From an uncultured Clostridia bacterium (GTDB lineage Bacteria > Bacillota > Clostridia > TANB77 > CAG-508), in assembly GCA_947629765.1 (NCBI GenBank), contig CANREW010000003.1, forward strand, positions 1 to 59,419: DNA of 59,419 bases, read 5' to 3'. Below, piece by piece: positions 9,341-20,006 of this stretch. The position numbers and the translations under genes were made by a program. Within the stretch, counting starts at the first letter, position 1; each line of letters begins with the position of its first letter. Below the pieces are notes generated by a model. The model saw only the letters and a program-made list of their open reading frames with translations, ran no database searches and was not told the origin of the DNA.

Positions 9341-10213
9341 TTAAATAACTTCTGGATCACTATAATTTACTTTTCCTGCTGCATCAACTGTAAAATCTAT
9401 TTTTATCCAAAATGATTCTGCTTTTAAAGTAAAATAATATTTTCCTTCTTCTAATTTACCATATAATTTTGAATAATCAAGTTTCCATCCATTAACTGTA
9501 TAATGCTCGCCTTCTTTTATGCTTGGTAAATTATATGTTTTGTCTTCTACTGTATCTTTGCAAAGTATATTTGAAATCTTTGGTATTTCTTCCCAGATGT
9601 ATTCACTACCTGTTCCTGTAAATCCTGCTGTTGTGTTTTCAGTGTCTTCTCCTATCTTTTGTCCTACTCCTGTATAATCTTTATTCTTCACTTCTTTATA
9701 TATAGTATAATCAGTTGTATAATTATAAGGCAATTCGTTTGTGTCTACTATTGTTAATTCTAATGATTCATTTGTAAACTCATTTATACTAATTTTTACA
9801 TTACTTTTTGAGCTATAGCAAAATTTTAAATATTCTTCTGGTATTTCTACATCGCTTTTTTCTTTTACTATTGTGATTTTATCTACATGACCTATTTGTG
9901 CAGGATACATTGCCATTACATATCCTCTATAATCAATTAATATTTCTTGTCCTTGTTTAAATCCAATATCTCCTTCATCTGTAAACCCTAGACTAAATAA
10001 CCCTGTTGGATATCCTTCAATTCCCATAGCATATATACCATAGTCAGTCACTTTAACGATTTCTGCTCTTACAGAATGTGGCATATTTTCACTCATAGCA
10101 ATACTAATTGAATCTATCTTATTCCTAATTAATATCCATCCCCAAGGTAATAATATAATTAATATCAATATAATAATTATAGCTATCAATAAATTTTTTG
10201 TACTTTTTTTCAT
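9341..10213 (-). CDS. membrane-anchored extracytoplasmic protein, hypothetical
   Basis: 290-aa ORF with an N-terminal signal anchor (LLIAIIIILILIILLPWGWILI). I recognise no family. Last gene of the sigma-factor cluster. Confidence 0.5.
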   Translation of the reverse strand: MKKSTKNLLIAIIIILILIILLPWGWILIRNKIDSISIAMSENMPHSVRAEIVKVTDYGIYAMGIEGYPTGLFSLGFTDEGDIGFKQGQEILIDYRGYVMAMYPAQIGHVDKITIVKEKSDVEIPEEYLKFCYSSKSNVKISINEFTNESLELTIVDTNELPYNYTTDYTIYKEVKNKDYTGVGQKIGEDTENTTAGFTGTGSEYIWEEIPKISNILCKDTVEDKTYNLPSIKEGEHYTVNGWKLDYSKLYGKLEEGKYYFTLKAESFWIKIDFTVDAAGKVNYSDPEVI

Positions 10214-10226
10214 GATATATCTCCCC

Positions 10227-11027
10227 TTATTTTAAATCTATATCATTTAACTTTAAGTCCTCTGCTCCTATATATACATCTCTATTACCATCTAACCTAT
10301 GTAACTTAATTATTGTATAGCCAAGGTAGTGATACTCTGCTGTCCCACCGTCTTTATAATGATACTCTGTGCTGCCTCCGTCATCATAACTAATAGGGTT
10401 TGAAGCATCTTTATTTGCTTTTTCGATTATTTCTTCCATTGTAATTTTATTATTTAATAAAGCATCTCTTAACGATGTTTCTTGTCCATTAATTAATATA
10501 TTTACTTGGCCATCATAAGCAAAAATACTGTAATCATATTTTTCTGTTTCTGATTTATCTAATATTGCATATACCTTTTCTACATTTGCTGGATGTTTAT
10601 CATAGAATCTTATTTCAAAATCTTTATCTTCTACATCTTTTGTTTCAAATACATACCACTTATCATTTATAAATATTTCTATTTGATTTTCTTTTCCATA
10701 TTGATATCCATAATTTCCTTCAAAATTTGATTGATCATTTTCTGTTGGAATTTTATTTGTTTCTACATTTGATGTAATCTTTCCGTCCATAACTCCGCAA
10801 CGACCATCCATTGTGCTTATCTTTCCTATATCATAGTATAGTTTTCCATTTACCATTACCATTCTTGCATAGTTTTCTTCTACATTATTATTATTATTTG
10901 TATTTCCTAAATTAGTTGTTGTATCTGTTACTGCCCCTGCTATAAATTTATTGAGTGAAAACATAATTGCCCATAGAATTAAAAGAGTAATTAATATTCC
11001 CATTACTATTTTTAAGCTTTTGTTCAT
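10227..11027 (-). CDS. membrane-anchored protein, hypothetical
   Basis: N-terminal TM, Asn-rich linker, duplicated DGG(S/T)(T/A)EYHY motif. Start set to ATG 11027 behind AAAGGTGG. Confidence 0.5.
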   Translation of the reverse strand: MNKSLKIVMGILITLLILWAIMFSLNKFIAGAVTDTTTNLGNTNNNNNVEENYARMVMVNGKLYYDIGKISTMDGRCGVMDGKITSNVETNKIPTENDQSNFEGNYGYQYGKENQIEIFINDKWYVFETKDVEDKDFEIRFYDKHPANVEKVYAILDKSETEKYDYSIFAYDGQVNILINGQETSLRDALLNNKITMEEIIEKANKDASNPISYDDGGSTEYHYKDGGTAEYHYLGYTIIKLHRLDGNRDVYIGAEDLKLNDIDLK

Positions 11028-11051
11028 TTTTACCACCTTTAAACCTTTCTA

Positions 11052-11957
11052 CTATTTAGATGCTTTTGTTTTGGTTTTTAGTTGGTGTTTTGTAAAAATA
11101 ATTGTAAAAAGAATAGTTGCAAATAAGAATATAGCTGATATGCTTAATAATCCTATTTTATAATAATTATTCGTATTAATTGGACTTTCAGTAACAACAT
11201 TTTGAATTACATTTTCTTCTGTCTTATCTGTAGACATAGAATTGTTTGATGTACTATTTGTATCTTTTATATTGCTATCTGAAATTTCATTTTTTTGTTC
11301 TTCTTTAATTTCTGAATCTTGTGTAATTTCATTGTCTTTTACTGTATCTGTAATTTGAGATTCTCTTTTTTGACTAAACAATACAGTTTTTATACTAATT
11401 GCAAATGTTATAATAAACACTGCTAAATTTCCGAGTAGTAATTTTAGTGTATGCATAGATTTATAGTATCTCCATTTTACAGTTCCTTCTGGAATATCTA
11501 ATATTTTTGAGATTTGTTTAAATGATAAATTAGAAATTATTTTTAATGATACTATCTCTTGTTCTTTCAAATCTAACTTTGATATTATTCTATTGTAACT
11601 GTCTTGTTCGATTATTTCATTAATCTCTACATCTTCATCACTTATATAATACATATCGTCAATATTTTGCTCTTGCTTTTTACTTCTTAAAAAATTTAAT
11701 GTTTCGTTTTTTGTTAATGTATATATCCAACTTGCCTCTGATTTTTTGGGCAATTTATCTTTTTGAATTTCCCATATCTTCATAAAAACTTTTTGAGTAA
11801 TTTCTTCGCTATTTTCTCTGTTTTTTAATATAGAGAACGCTATTTTATATATCAAAACGCTATAATTTTCATATAGCTTATTAAAAGACATTTCATCATT
11901 TTTAGAAATACCTTCAAAAATATTATGCAATTCTCTTTTATTTATTTTTCCTTTCAA
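11052..11957 (-). CDS. ECF-type sigma-70 factor with fused C-terminal transmembrane extension
   Basis: Region 2 (EEITQKVFMKIWE..ASWIYTLTKNETLNFLR) and region 4 HTH (LSFKQISKILDIPEGTVKWRYYKSMHTL). About 130 extra residues follow, containing two hydrophobic segments. TTG start behind AGGAG. Confidence 0.7.
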   Translation of the reverse strand: MKGKINKRELHNIFEGISKNDEMSFNKLYENYSVLIYKIAFSILKNRENSEEITQKVFMKIWEIQKDKLPKKSEASWIYTLTKNETLNFLRSKKQEQNIDDMYYISDEDVEINEIIEQDSYNRIISKLDLKEQEIVSLKIISNLSFKQISKILDIPEGTVKWRYYKSMHTLKLLLGNLAVFIITFAISIKTVLFSQKRESQITDTVKDNEITQDSEIKEEQKNEISDSNIKDTNSTSNNSMSTDKTEENVIQNVVTESPINTNNYYKIGLLSISAIFLFATILFTIIFTKHQLKTKTKASK

Positions 11958-11968
11958 ATTATCTACTC

Positions 11969-13537
11969 CTAATCAATTAATTTTACAACTACTGTTCCAT
12001 TTATTACTTTTATGCTGTCATTTTTAGGATAACATTTCATATTTTTATATTCTTCTGTTTCAAGTATCTCCTTACTCTCTCCTTCACTTACTAATTTCAT
12101 ATTTATTCCTTCACATTCGTATAATAATTTTTCCCAACTAATTACATTTCCCCACCATACAATTGGTCCTTCTGATATAAATCCCCAAGTCCTGTCATAT
12201 ATTTCCTTTGCTTCTATTTCTGTATCGTGTCTATTTAGATAACTATTATTTTGCATATTTCCTATAAACAATACTGGCATTTCTGGAGTATATTCATCTA
12301 ATTCTTCTATTTGAGTTACTATCCTATTTATCGTTGATTCTGCTTGATCTTGCATTAATTTCATTGCAATGTATGATGCATTGTCTTGCCACGTATATAT
12401 CCAAACTATAATTAGACTACAAATTACTATAATATATTTAAAAATTTTAGATATCGATACTTTTGGCAATAGTTCTAATATTTTAAAGAATAACAAAAAT
12501 ATATATATCATAGAACATGCCATTAATATATGGATATCTACATCTGGGACTGCTATTTCTACTACTCCAAAACATATTGGGGCTAATATTACAAAGACTA
12601 ATGTCAAAATTATATTTGATATTTTTTCATATACTTTGTTTTTAATGATTATATATATTATCGAAATTAATATCACTGCAAATATTATAGTATATACAAT
12701 ATTTGTTCCCCAAATAGTATTTGGTATCATTTTATCATTAAAATAATAATCAAAAAAGCTTTTGTATGTTTCTGGTAGTAACTTATTGATATTTAAAATA
12801 GTATTTAATCCTATTTCATTTGCTCCACTATAACTTGCGACCTGCAAACCTTTAAGTGATACTATTACATGGGATATTATATAATATACTGTAATTCCAA
12901 TAACTCCCATAATTAAATATCTAACTAAACTTTTTATTATTTGTTTAAATTCTTTTTTATTCAATGCATCTATAATAAGTGTAAATATTGCTAAACACAT
13001 TGCAACTGACAAATACGTTTGATACATTCCCATTGCAAGTGCTAGAATCAAACTGCTTACTAATATTATCCATTTTTTATTTTCGTATTTTCTTACTAAA
13101 TATATTGACAAAGTTGCTAAAAACATTCCTAATATGTATGCATCAGAGCAATAGAAAAATGTTAGAGTTGCAGATATATTGGGTGCTACTGCAAAGAGCA
13201 ATGCAATTATATATTTAAAATATTTATTTTTTATTTCTAGTATATCTTCTGATAAAATTACTGTTATTCCTAATAGCATACTGCTTATTAATGTTGTAAG
13301 CACGGGAGAAACAATATTTCCTTTTATTGCTTGGACAAAATGAAGTCCAAATCTTAATAACATAACTTCCCATACATCTGCTGTGTGATATATATTATTT
13401 ATTAAATTATCTGCTCCTGTTATCATTAATGAATAAAGCTGAAAATGCACTATTATGCTAGTTATAAATGTTACTAAAAAGATAGTTTTTCTTTCTTTAT
13501 TAAAATATTTTTTTAAATTTTCTATGACTTTTTCCAT
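11969..13537 (-). CDS. polytopic membrane protein, possibly GtrII-like glucosyltransferase
   Basis: 522 aa with many hydrophobic segments and a soluble C-terminal domain. The N-terminal region resembles the GtrII-type family from memory only (not searched). Confidence 0.4.
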   Translation of the reverse strand: MEKVIENLKKYFNKERKTIFLVTFITSIIVHFQLYSLMITGADNLINNIYHTADVWEVMLLRFGLHFVQAIKGNIVSPVLTTLISSMLLGITVILSEDILEIKNKYFKYIIALLFAVAPNISATLTFFYCSDAYILGMFLATLSIYLVRKYENKKWIILVSSLILALAMGMYQTYLSVAMCLAIFTLIIDALNKKEFKQIIKSLVRYLIMGVIGITVYYIISHVIVSLKGLQVASYSGANEIGLNTILNINKLLPETYKSFFDYYFNDKMIPNTIWGTNIVYTIIFAVILISIIYIIIKNKVYEKISNIILTLVFVILAPICFGVVEIAVPDVDIHILMACSMIYIFLLFFKILELLPKVSISKIFKYIIVICSLIIVWIYTWQDNASYIAMKLMQDQAESTINRIVTQIEELDEYTPEMPVLFIGNMQNNSYLNRHDTEIEAKEIYDRTWGFISEGPIVWWGNVISWEKLLYECEGINMKLVSEGESKEILETEEYKNMKCYPKNDSIKVINGTVVVKLID

Positions 13538-13610
13538 AGTTCTCCTCCATATTTTACATTTATAATCTTATCATAAAAATATGCAATTAGCAATAATATA
13601 TAATCTATAC

Positions 13611-13644
13611 AAAAAAGTACCCCTCGTTAAAACACGAGGGGTAC
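13611..13644 (-). terminator. strong GC-rich terminator after 13672..14154
   Basis: Stem GTACCCCTCG / CGAGGGGTAC, with a T6 run on the minus strand. Confidence 0.8.
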
Positions 13645-13671
13645 TTTGAGTATCTACGAGTTTTGTTGTTA

Positions 13672-14154
13672 TTAGGGCTGAAAAATAAATCCAAGGCATG
13701 CAGACATAATAGGCTCACTTTCAAGCAAAGTTATCATATTTTTCTCTTCCTTGAAACGACTCTCTACATACTCACAATATGCCTTCACAACCTTGTTTTT
13801 TGCTTCTTCGTAATTCTCTTGCGCTTCTTTCACTGCTCTTGTAAATGCACCCGAATAAGGGGCAACAGTTTTCTTGAACTCTGCACGGGTAATAAAGGCA
13901 TTTTTTAAATCTTCGAAAGCTTCCAGAATTTCCCTCCTAGATTGAGGTTCTAATAGATCCTCTACATATTTACAGAGATTACCTTTTAGAACTGGATTGC
14001 TAGCCTTTTCCCAATCTGCAATTAAATTTGCAAGTTTATAGTCTTTGTCATCACATCCATTAACGCTACGAAAAAATACTTCGCGGAAGTGTTTCGCCTG
14101 ACGTAGATTTCCTTCTGTCAAATGGTAATCCGTCCTAAGTTCGTCCACTCTCAT
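13672..14154 (-). CDS. hypothetical helical protein in a GC-richer patch
   Basis: Start set to ATG 14154 behind AAAGGAGAG. Visibly higher GC than its neighbours and uses AGG, CGC and ACG codons. No family recognised. Confidence 0.5.
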   Translation of the reverse strand: MRVDELRTDYHLTEGNLRQAKHFREVFFRSVNGCDDKDYKLANLIADWEKASNPVLKGNLCKYVEDLLEPQSRREILEAFEDLKNAFITRAEFKKTVAPYSGAFTRAVKEAQENYEEAKNKVVKAYCEYVESRFKEEKNMITLLESEPIMSACLGFIFQP

Positions 14155-14246
14155 AAGATACTCTCCTTTCAAATTATTGCTAATTTAGCGGACTAGTATA
14201 TATTATATCACAAAATTAACATAAAGTAAAGCAATATATCATATCA

Positions 14247-16818
14247 TTATATATTTTCATTTCTAATCGTCTCAATTGTATTTTGCTTATTTATTTTTGC
14301 CATTGAATATTTCATTATGATAAACACTAATATAAATACCGCAATAATTGAGATAATTATTGGATTTATTGGTATATATATGCCTTTTTCAATTTTTATT
14401 GAAAATGCCATGTACAATGCAAAAGTTCCAATTAATCCCAAAACTATGCCATATATAAGTGACTTTACTGAGTAAAAACAAGTTTCAAGATTTATCATTC
14501 TGTTAAATTCTTTTTTTGTCATGCCTATACTTTTAAGACTTGCAAATTCTTTTTGTCTTAATTCCATATTTGAAGTTATAGTGTTAAAGATATTTGTTAC
14601 ACCAATTAGTGTTATAACTGTTATGAAACCATAAAGGAATATCTTTACAATCAAACTCATTGCTCTTTCTTCCCTTGCCATTTCATCAAAATTCACATAT
14701 TGTAATCCATTTATATTTAGCTTTTCTAATTCTTCTACTAATTTATCAGCATTGCTAGACTGTACTAATATAGCTCTAGGTTCAAAGTTTAATTTTTTAT
14801 ATTCGTCTACATTTACTATTAGGTCTCCTCCCACTCTATATGTTGTTTCAAGTCCATAAGGTTTAATATCTGTTACTGCTGCTACTTTAAAGCTCTTTTC
14901 TTCATCATTAATCTTGCCTACAATAGTATCATTTTTGTTGTATTTATATATTCTTTTTTCTGCTCTTTTAGATGTATCTCCTATATAATAAAAATACTGA
15001 TCGCTTAAAATTGCTTGATTTGTAATATTTTTTGGGTTGACACCTATTTCTTTTAGATATTTATTAAATGTTTCATCATCTAATCCGACAATATTCATTT
15101 CCATTCTTTTACCTTTTCCGTCTGGTATAAATTCTTCTTTTTCCTCGTCATAATATCCACCTTCAGTTAATATTATTTGTCCTGGTATTTCATTTACTTT
15201 GTCGATATCATAAATTTCAAAGTTATCTGCTATCTCGTATAATGCAAATTTTTCGTCCATATAGTTTAGTTTTTGTATCCTATCAATGTCTTTACTGTCA
15301 ACATCATTTACATATAATTTTACATTATAACTATAATCTTTATAATAATCATCTGCTAAATCAAACATATTAGTTAGAAATGTATTCATTGTTATAAAAA
15401 CAAATATGCTTACAGCTATTGATATAACAGTCGTTCTATATCTTTTTCTACTTCTTTTTAGATTTTTATATGCTAACTCTCCACCTGTTTTAAAAACTTT
15501 AGATATTATCTTTGGAGTCTTTAATTTATTAGGTTTTATAGTTATTTTTTCTGCATTTCTAAGTAGTTCTATTGGATTAACCTTACTTGCCTTTTTAGCT
15601 GAAGATCTTGCAGATAAGTATATCGTAATTATGCTAAGTATAGCTGACAAAACAATTGGCAAAGGTGTTACTTTCATAATAATTCCATCAACATTTGCTA
15701 GTAAAAACTCACCAATTAAACTATTTACAATCTTTATTAAAACAAACACTGCAAATATTCCAGATAAGATTCCAATTGGTATTGCAATAACTCCTAAAAT
15801 CAAGCTTTCAAATATGACATTTCTTCTTATTTGTTTTCTAGTTGCTCCCACACTTGAAAGCATTCCATACATCTTCATTTTTTCAGTAGTTGCAATTGCA
15901 AAAGAATTTCTTATGCAAAATACACTTGTGAATATTATTATAAATATTACAATTCCACTAATTGCAAAAAGAGTTGAAACTGTGCTATCACTAAATGCAA
16001 AAGCTTCCCACCTTAAAAGCTCATCGTTAGTAATTATATTATCATATTTTAAATTATCACTTGAAATCATTTCCAAGTTGCTTGATACACCTTGAATTTC
16101 ATAAAACACTTCTTTATATCTTCTTGGATTTTTTAATGAAATATATATATCTTTATTTTCATTATCAATATTAGTAGAAATTATGGTGTATCCTGGATCA
16201 CTATAATTTTCAAATTTATAATCTGGTCTTTCTATTATTCCGAACTATTGTAAATTCTTTATTTTCAAGATCTACTAAATGTTCTTCGTCTTTATCATAT
16301 AGCTCATTTGAATTTAAAATACTTCCATCTAAGCTTTCTCTTCTTCCTATATCAATACTGATTTTATCCCCTATTTTATATTCAACCTCTGCATTTTCTA
16401 TAATATGCTTACTAATAATTATTTCATCATCAGAATTAGGGAATCTTCCTTCTACTATTTTTAGGCTTAATTGATTAAATACATCTTGATTCATTGAATA
16501 TAATTTTAAATATGGTTTATATTCATTTTTACTATCTTTAAGAATTCCATATCCATCTTGATTTACAACAAATATATCTTCTATATCTTTATTAGTTCTT
16601 AATTCTTCTATATCGCTTTCTGTAACATTTGCTATTTTAAAATGGTAATATCCTCCATTATTTATTGCACTTTGCACTAATGTTTCTCTAAAACTTGTGA
16701 ACAATGTTGCAACTGCACATATTAGACTGCAAGATAAAATTATACCAATTATTGTACTTATAGTTCTTTTTTTATTTAAGATTAAATTCCTAATTGATAG
16801 CTCTTTAAGAATGTTCAT
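14247..16818 (-). CDS. MacB/FtsX-type ABC transporter permease; continuous with a +1 shift at in-frame CGG 16240-16242
   Basis: ORF 16216-16818 ends ...EFTIVRNNRKTRL*. Skipping the C gives EFTIV-G-IIERPDYKFENYSDPGYTIISTN...KEVFYEIQGVSS, which runs into ORF 14247-16109 in the same phase. Two FtsX-like 4-TM modules. Confidence 0.8.
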
Positions 16819-16831
16819 TTTTCTCTCCCCT

Positions 16832-17494
16832 CTATACTATTCTTCCATCCTCTAATCTAATAATTCTATCTGCAATTTTTGCAATGTCCATATTGTGTGT
16901 AATCATTATAATTGTTTGTTTATAATCTTTATTTGATTTTTCTAATAGTTTTACTATTTCTTCACTAGACTTAGAATCTAGGTTTCCAGTTGGTTCATCT
17001 GCTAAGATAATACTAGGATTTGTTATCATAGCTCTTCCAATGGAAGTTCTTTGCTGTTGTCCTCCTGATAGTTCATTTGGCAAATGTTTTCTTCTATCTT
17101 CTAGACCTAAAAGTTTTATAAGTTCATTAAGTTTTTCCTCGTCTACTTTTCGATTATCCAATTTTAATGGTAAAGTTATATTTTCCTCTACATTTAGAAT
17201 TGGTATTAAGTTATAAAATTGATATATGAGTCCAACTTGTCTTCTTCTAAATACTGCAAGTTCATCATCATTAAACTTGTATATATCTTTTCCATCTATA
17301 AAAACTTTTCCACTTGTTGGTCTATCTACTCCACCTATTAAATGCAAAAGAGTAGATTTCCCGCTTCCACTTGCCCCAACTATTGCAACAAACTCTCCCT
17401 CGTCTACTGTAAATGATACATTGTCTAGTGCATTAACTTGCACTTCATCTTTTCCATAAATTTTACTTAAATTTTCTACTCTTAATATTTCCAT
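16832..17494 (-). CDS. ABC transporter ATP-binding protein (MacB/LolD-like)
   Basis: Walker A GASGSGKST, signature LSGGQQQR, Walker B IILADEPTGNLD. Confidence 0.9.
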   Translation of the reverse strand: MEILRVENLSKIYGKDEVQVNALDNVSFTVDEGEFVAIVGASGSGKSTLLHLIGGVDRPTSGKVFIDGKDIYKFNDDELAVFRRRQVGLIYQFYNLIPILNVEENITLPLKLDNRKVDEEKLNELIKLLGLEDRRKHLPNELSGGQQQRTSIGRAMITNPSIILADEPTGNLDSKSSEEIVKLLEKSNKDYKQTIIMITHNMDIAKIADRIIRLEDGRIV

Positions 17495-17612
17495 AAATAT
17501 CCTCCTTGTTTTTCATATCTAATTATATTATATTTAAAATGAAAAATAAAGAAATTAAAAAAACTTTAAGAATTAAAAAAGAAGACAATAATATTTATTG
17601 CCTCCTTTTTAC

Positions 17613-17987
17613 TTAAACTAAATCTATTACAACTTCATCCCCATCTTTTAGATTATATGTTTCTCTCATATTTATGTCTGTAACGATTTCTATTATATTT
17701 AAAGGATGATCACCATTTTTCTTGTTGTTTTTTTCAGTTCTTAAAATATATCCTCTATGTCCTAATATTTTGCATTCTTTCACAAGTACATTAAAGTCTC
17801 CACCATATTCACTAGGTAAAATCTTTTCATCATCATTTAAAACAATTTGTCTATCAAGTTCTATATTTAATGTACCTAAAAATAGTTTCATATCATATTT
17901 TTCTTCAAAAACTTTATATGCTTTTTTTACCCATATATTAGCATTTCCTAATCCTGATTTTACTCTTCCTTTTAATTTAGATTGCAT
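17613..17987 (-). CDS. DUF120 / CTP-dependent riboflavin kinase-like protein
   Basis: 124 aa. GRVKSGLGNA...LFLGTLNIEL resembles the archaeal-type RibK family (assignment from memory). Confidence 0.5.
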   Translation of the reverse strand: MQSKLKGRVKSGLGNANIWVKKAYKVFEEKYDMKLFLGTLNIELDRQIVLNDDEKILPSEYGGDFNVLVKECKILGHRGYILRTEKNNKKNGDHPLNIIEIVTDINMRETYNLKDGDEVVIDLV

Positions 17988-18006
17988 TTTTATTCCTCAT
18001 TATAAA

Positions 18007-19992
18007 CTATTCTATTGGAAGTTCAGTTGAACTCTTTAAGTTGATCTGTTTTTCTGCTTTTCTTACATCATCAACAAATACTTTTACAGTAACTGTTCCA
18101 ACTCCTGAGATTGGTACATTTATACTTGTTTCATTTTCTTTGTGAGATTTTTTATAAACAGTTTCCTCGTCTACTTTTACAACTACACTAACAGATTTTG
18201 GATCAACTGGTACTTGTTTAGTTTCACCAGTTACTGGGTCTACTTCATTTGTATATGTTTCTCTATATCCTAATAATGATTTTAGATTAATCTTTGCAGT
18301 TCCTAATATTACCTGTTGTATTTGATTTACAGTTATAGTTATGCTTGCTCCTTTTTCTACACTGCTTCCTGCTTCTAAACTCTGCTTTAATACTGTTCCA
18401 TCTTCTTTTGTTTTATCCTCAGCATTTATTGTTGCAGCAATTGTAAGTCCTGCCTCTTCTAATTCTTTTATAGCATCTGCTTTTGGTTTTCCTACAACAT
18501 TTGGAACAGTAGACATTTCTATACCTTTGCTGACTGTTATTGTAACAGTAGAGCCCGCTCCTACTTCTGTTTCTGGATCAACATCTTGCTTTATTACATA
18601 TCCTTGTTCTACTTTGCTATCAAATTCTTCTGAAACTACAACTTCTAAGTCATTTTCTTCTAACATAGATTTTGCTTCATCTTGTGTTAAACCTGTAACT
18701 TTTGGAACTTTTACTGTCTTTTGTCCCAAACTTATTACTAATTTAATTTTTGTATTTTCTTTTATTTTAAAGTCTGCTTTATATTCTGGATCTTGTGATA
18801 TGATAAGTCCATTATCTATCTCAACATCATACTTTTCTTCTACTATTTCATAAGAAAGTTTTGTTCCAGATAATTTATTCTTTACTTCATCTTCTGTCAG
18901 ACCTACTAACTCTGGTACTTGAATATCTTTTGACCTTGTTAGGTTAAATGCAAGAATTGTTCCTCCTAAACTTAGAGCAAACAACAATATGAGTGCTATT
19001 ATTACTGTAAGTGTTTTATGTTTCATAAAGAAATTTTCTTTTTTATTCTTTTTAGCATCTTCATCTTTTTCTTTTATTTTATCCTTGATATCTTTTTGTT
19101 CCATTGTTGGTACAACTTGTGTTGGAAAATCATTTTCTCTAGCAGCCTCTGAGATAAAATCTCCATCAGGATTTTTTAATGCTAATGTTAAATCTCTTAT
19201 CATTTCTGTTGCTGTTTGATATCTAAGTGCTGGGTCTTTTCTCATTGCTTTCATAACTATTTTATTTACTGCCATTGGTATGCTTGGATTTATATTTATT
19301 GGCTCTACCGGCATTTCTTGCATGTGTTTTAATGCAACTGATACAGGAGTATCTGCATCAAATGGAACTCTTCCAGTTAACATTTCATACAATACTACTC
19401 CTAATGAATATAAATCTGATTTTGCATCAGTAAATCCACCTCTTGCATGCTCTGGTGAGAAATAGTGTACAGAGCCTAATGTTGTACCAAAAGCTGTAAT
19501 TGTGGAATTTGATACAGATTTTGCAATTCCAAAGTCTGTTACTTTTGCAATTCCATCCTCTGTAATTATTATGTTATGAGGTTTAATATCTCTGTGGATT
19601 ATATTATTCTTATGTGCTGTCTCTAATGCAGATGCAATTTGTATTGCAACATTTACACTCCATTTCCAGCTTAATGCTCCATCTGATGTAATTATTTCTT
19701 TTAATGTCTTTCCTTGTATCAATTCCATTACTATATAGTATAAATCTCCTTCATTGCCTACATCATATACTGATACAATATTTGGATGTGTTAAACTTGC
19801 TACTGCTTGTGCTTCTGTATTAAATCTTTTGATAAATTCCTCATCTGTTGTAAATTCGTCTTTTAGTACCTTTACTGCAACATATCTATTTAGTACGTGG
19901 CATTTTGCCTTATAGACTGTTGCCATTCCTCCTATACCTATTCTTTGCACTATTTCATATCTGTTCCCTAATAATCTTCCTTCTAAGTTCAT
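18007..19992 (-). CDS. prkC: Ser/Thr protein kinase with PASTA repeats
   Basis: Hanks kinase motifs (GGMATVYKA, VAVK, HRDIKPHNI, DFGIA), a TM segment and three PASTA-like repeats (VPELVGLTEDEVKNKL, VPKVTGLTQDEAKSML, VPNVVGKPKADAIKEL). Confidence 0.9.
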   Translation of the reverse strand: MNLEGRLLGNRYEIVQRIGIGGMATVYKAKCHVLNRYVAVKVLKDEFTTDEEFIKRFNTEAQAVASLTHPNIVSVYDVGNEGDLYYIVMELIQGKTLKEIITSDGALSWKWSVNVAIQIASALETAHKNNIIHRDIKPHNIIITEDGIAKVTDFGIAKSVSNSTITAFGTTLGSVHYFSPEHARGGFTDAKSDLYSLGVVLYEMLTGRVPFDADTPVSVALKHMQEMPVEPININPSIPMAVNKIVMKAMRKDPALRYQTATEMIRDLTLALKNPDGDFISEAARENDFPTQVVPTMEQKDIKDKIKEKDEDAKKNKKENFFMKHKTLTVIIALILLFALSLGGTILAFNLTRSKDIQVPELVGLTEDEVKNKLSGTKLSYEIVEEKYDVEIDNGLIISQDPEYKADFKIKENTKIKLVISLGQKTVKVPKVTGLTQDEAKSMLEENDLEVVVSEEFDSKVEQGYVIKQDVDPETEVGAGSTVTITVSKGIEMSTVPNVVGKPKADAIKELEEAGLTIAATINAEDKTKEDGTVLKQSLEAGSSVEKGASITITVNQIQQVILGTAKINLKSLLGYRETYTNEVDPVTGETKQVPVDPKSVSVVVKVDEETVYKKSHKENETSINVPISGVGTVTVKVFVDDVRKAEKQINLKSSTELPIE

Positions 19993-20006
19993 CTTTTTTC
20001 ACTCCC

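Noticed and set aside
15406-16095. Long antisense ORFs in the track (15406..16095, 42268..42966, 18341..18853, 43572..44102, 38013..38507, 33450..33893, 29500..29946, 12369..12746 and similar)
   Set aside because: They lie entirely inside well-supported genes on the opposite strand. They encode low-complexity Ser/Phe/Ile/Leu-rich sequences typical of the reverse frame of AT-rich genes, and they lack ribosome-binding sites.
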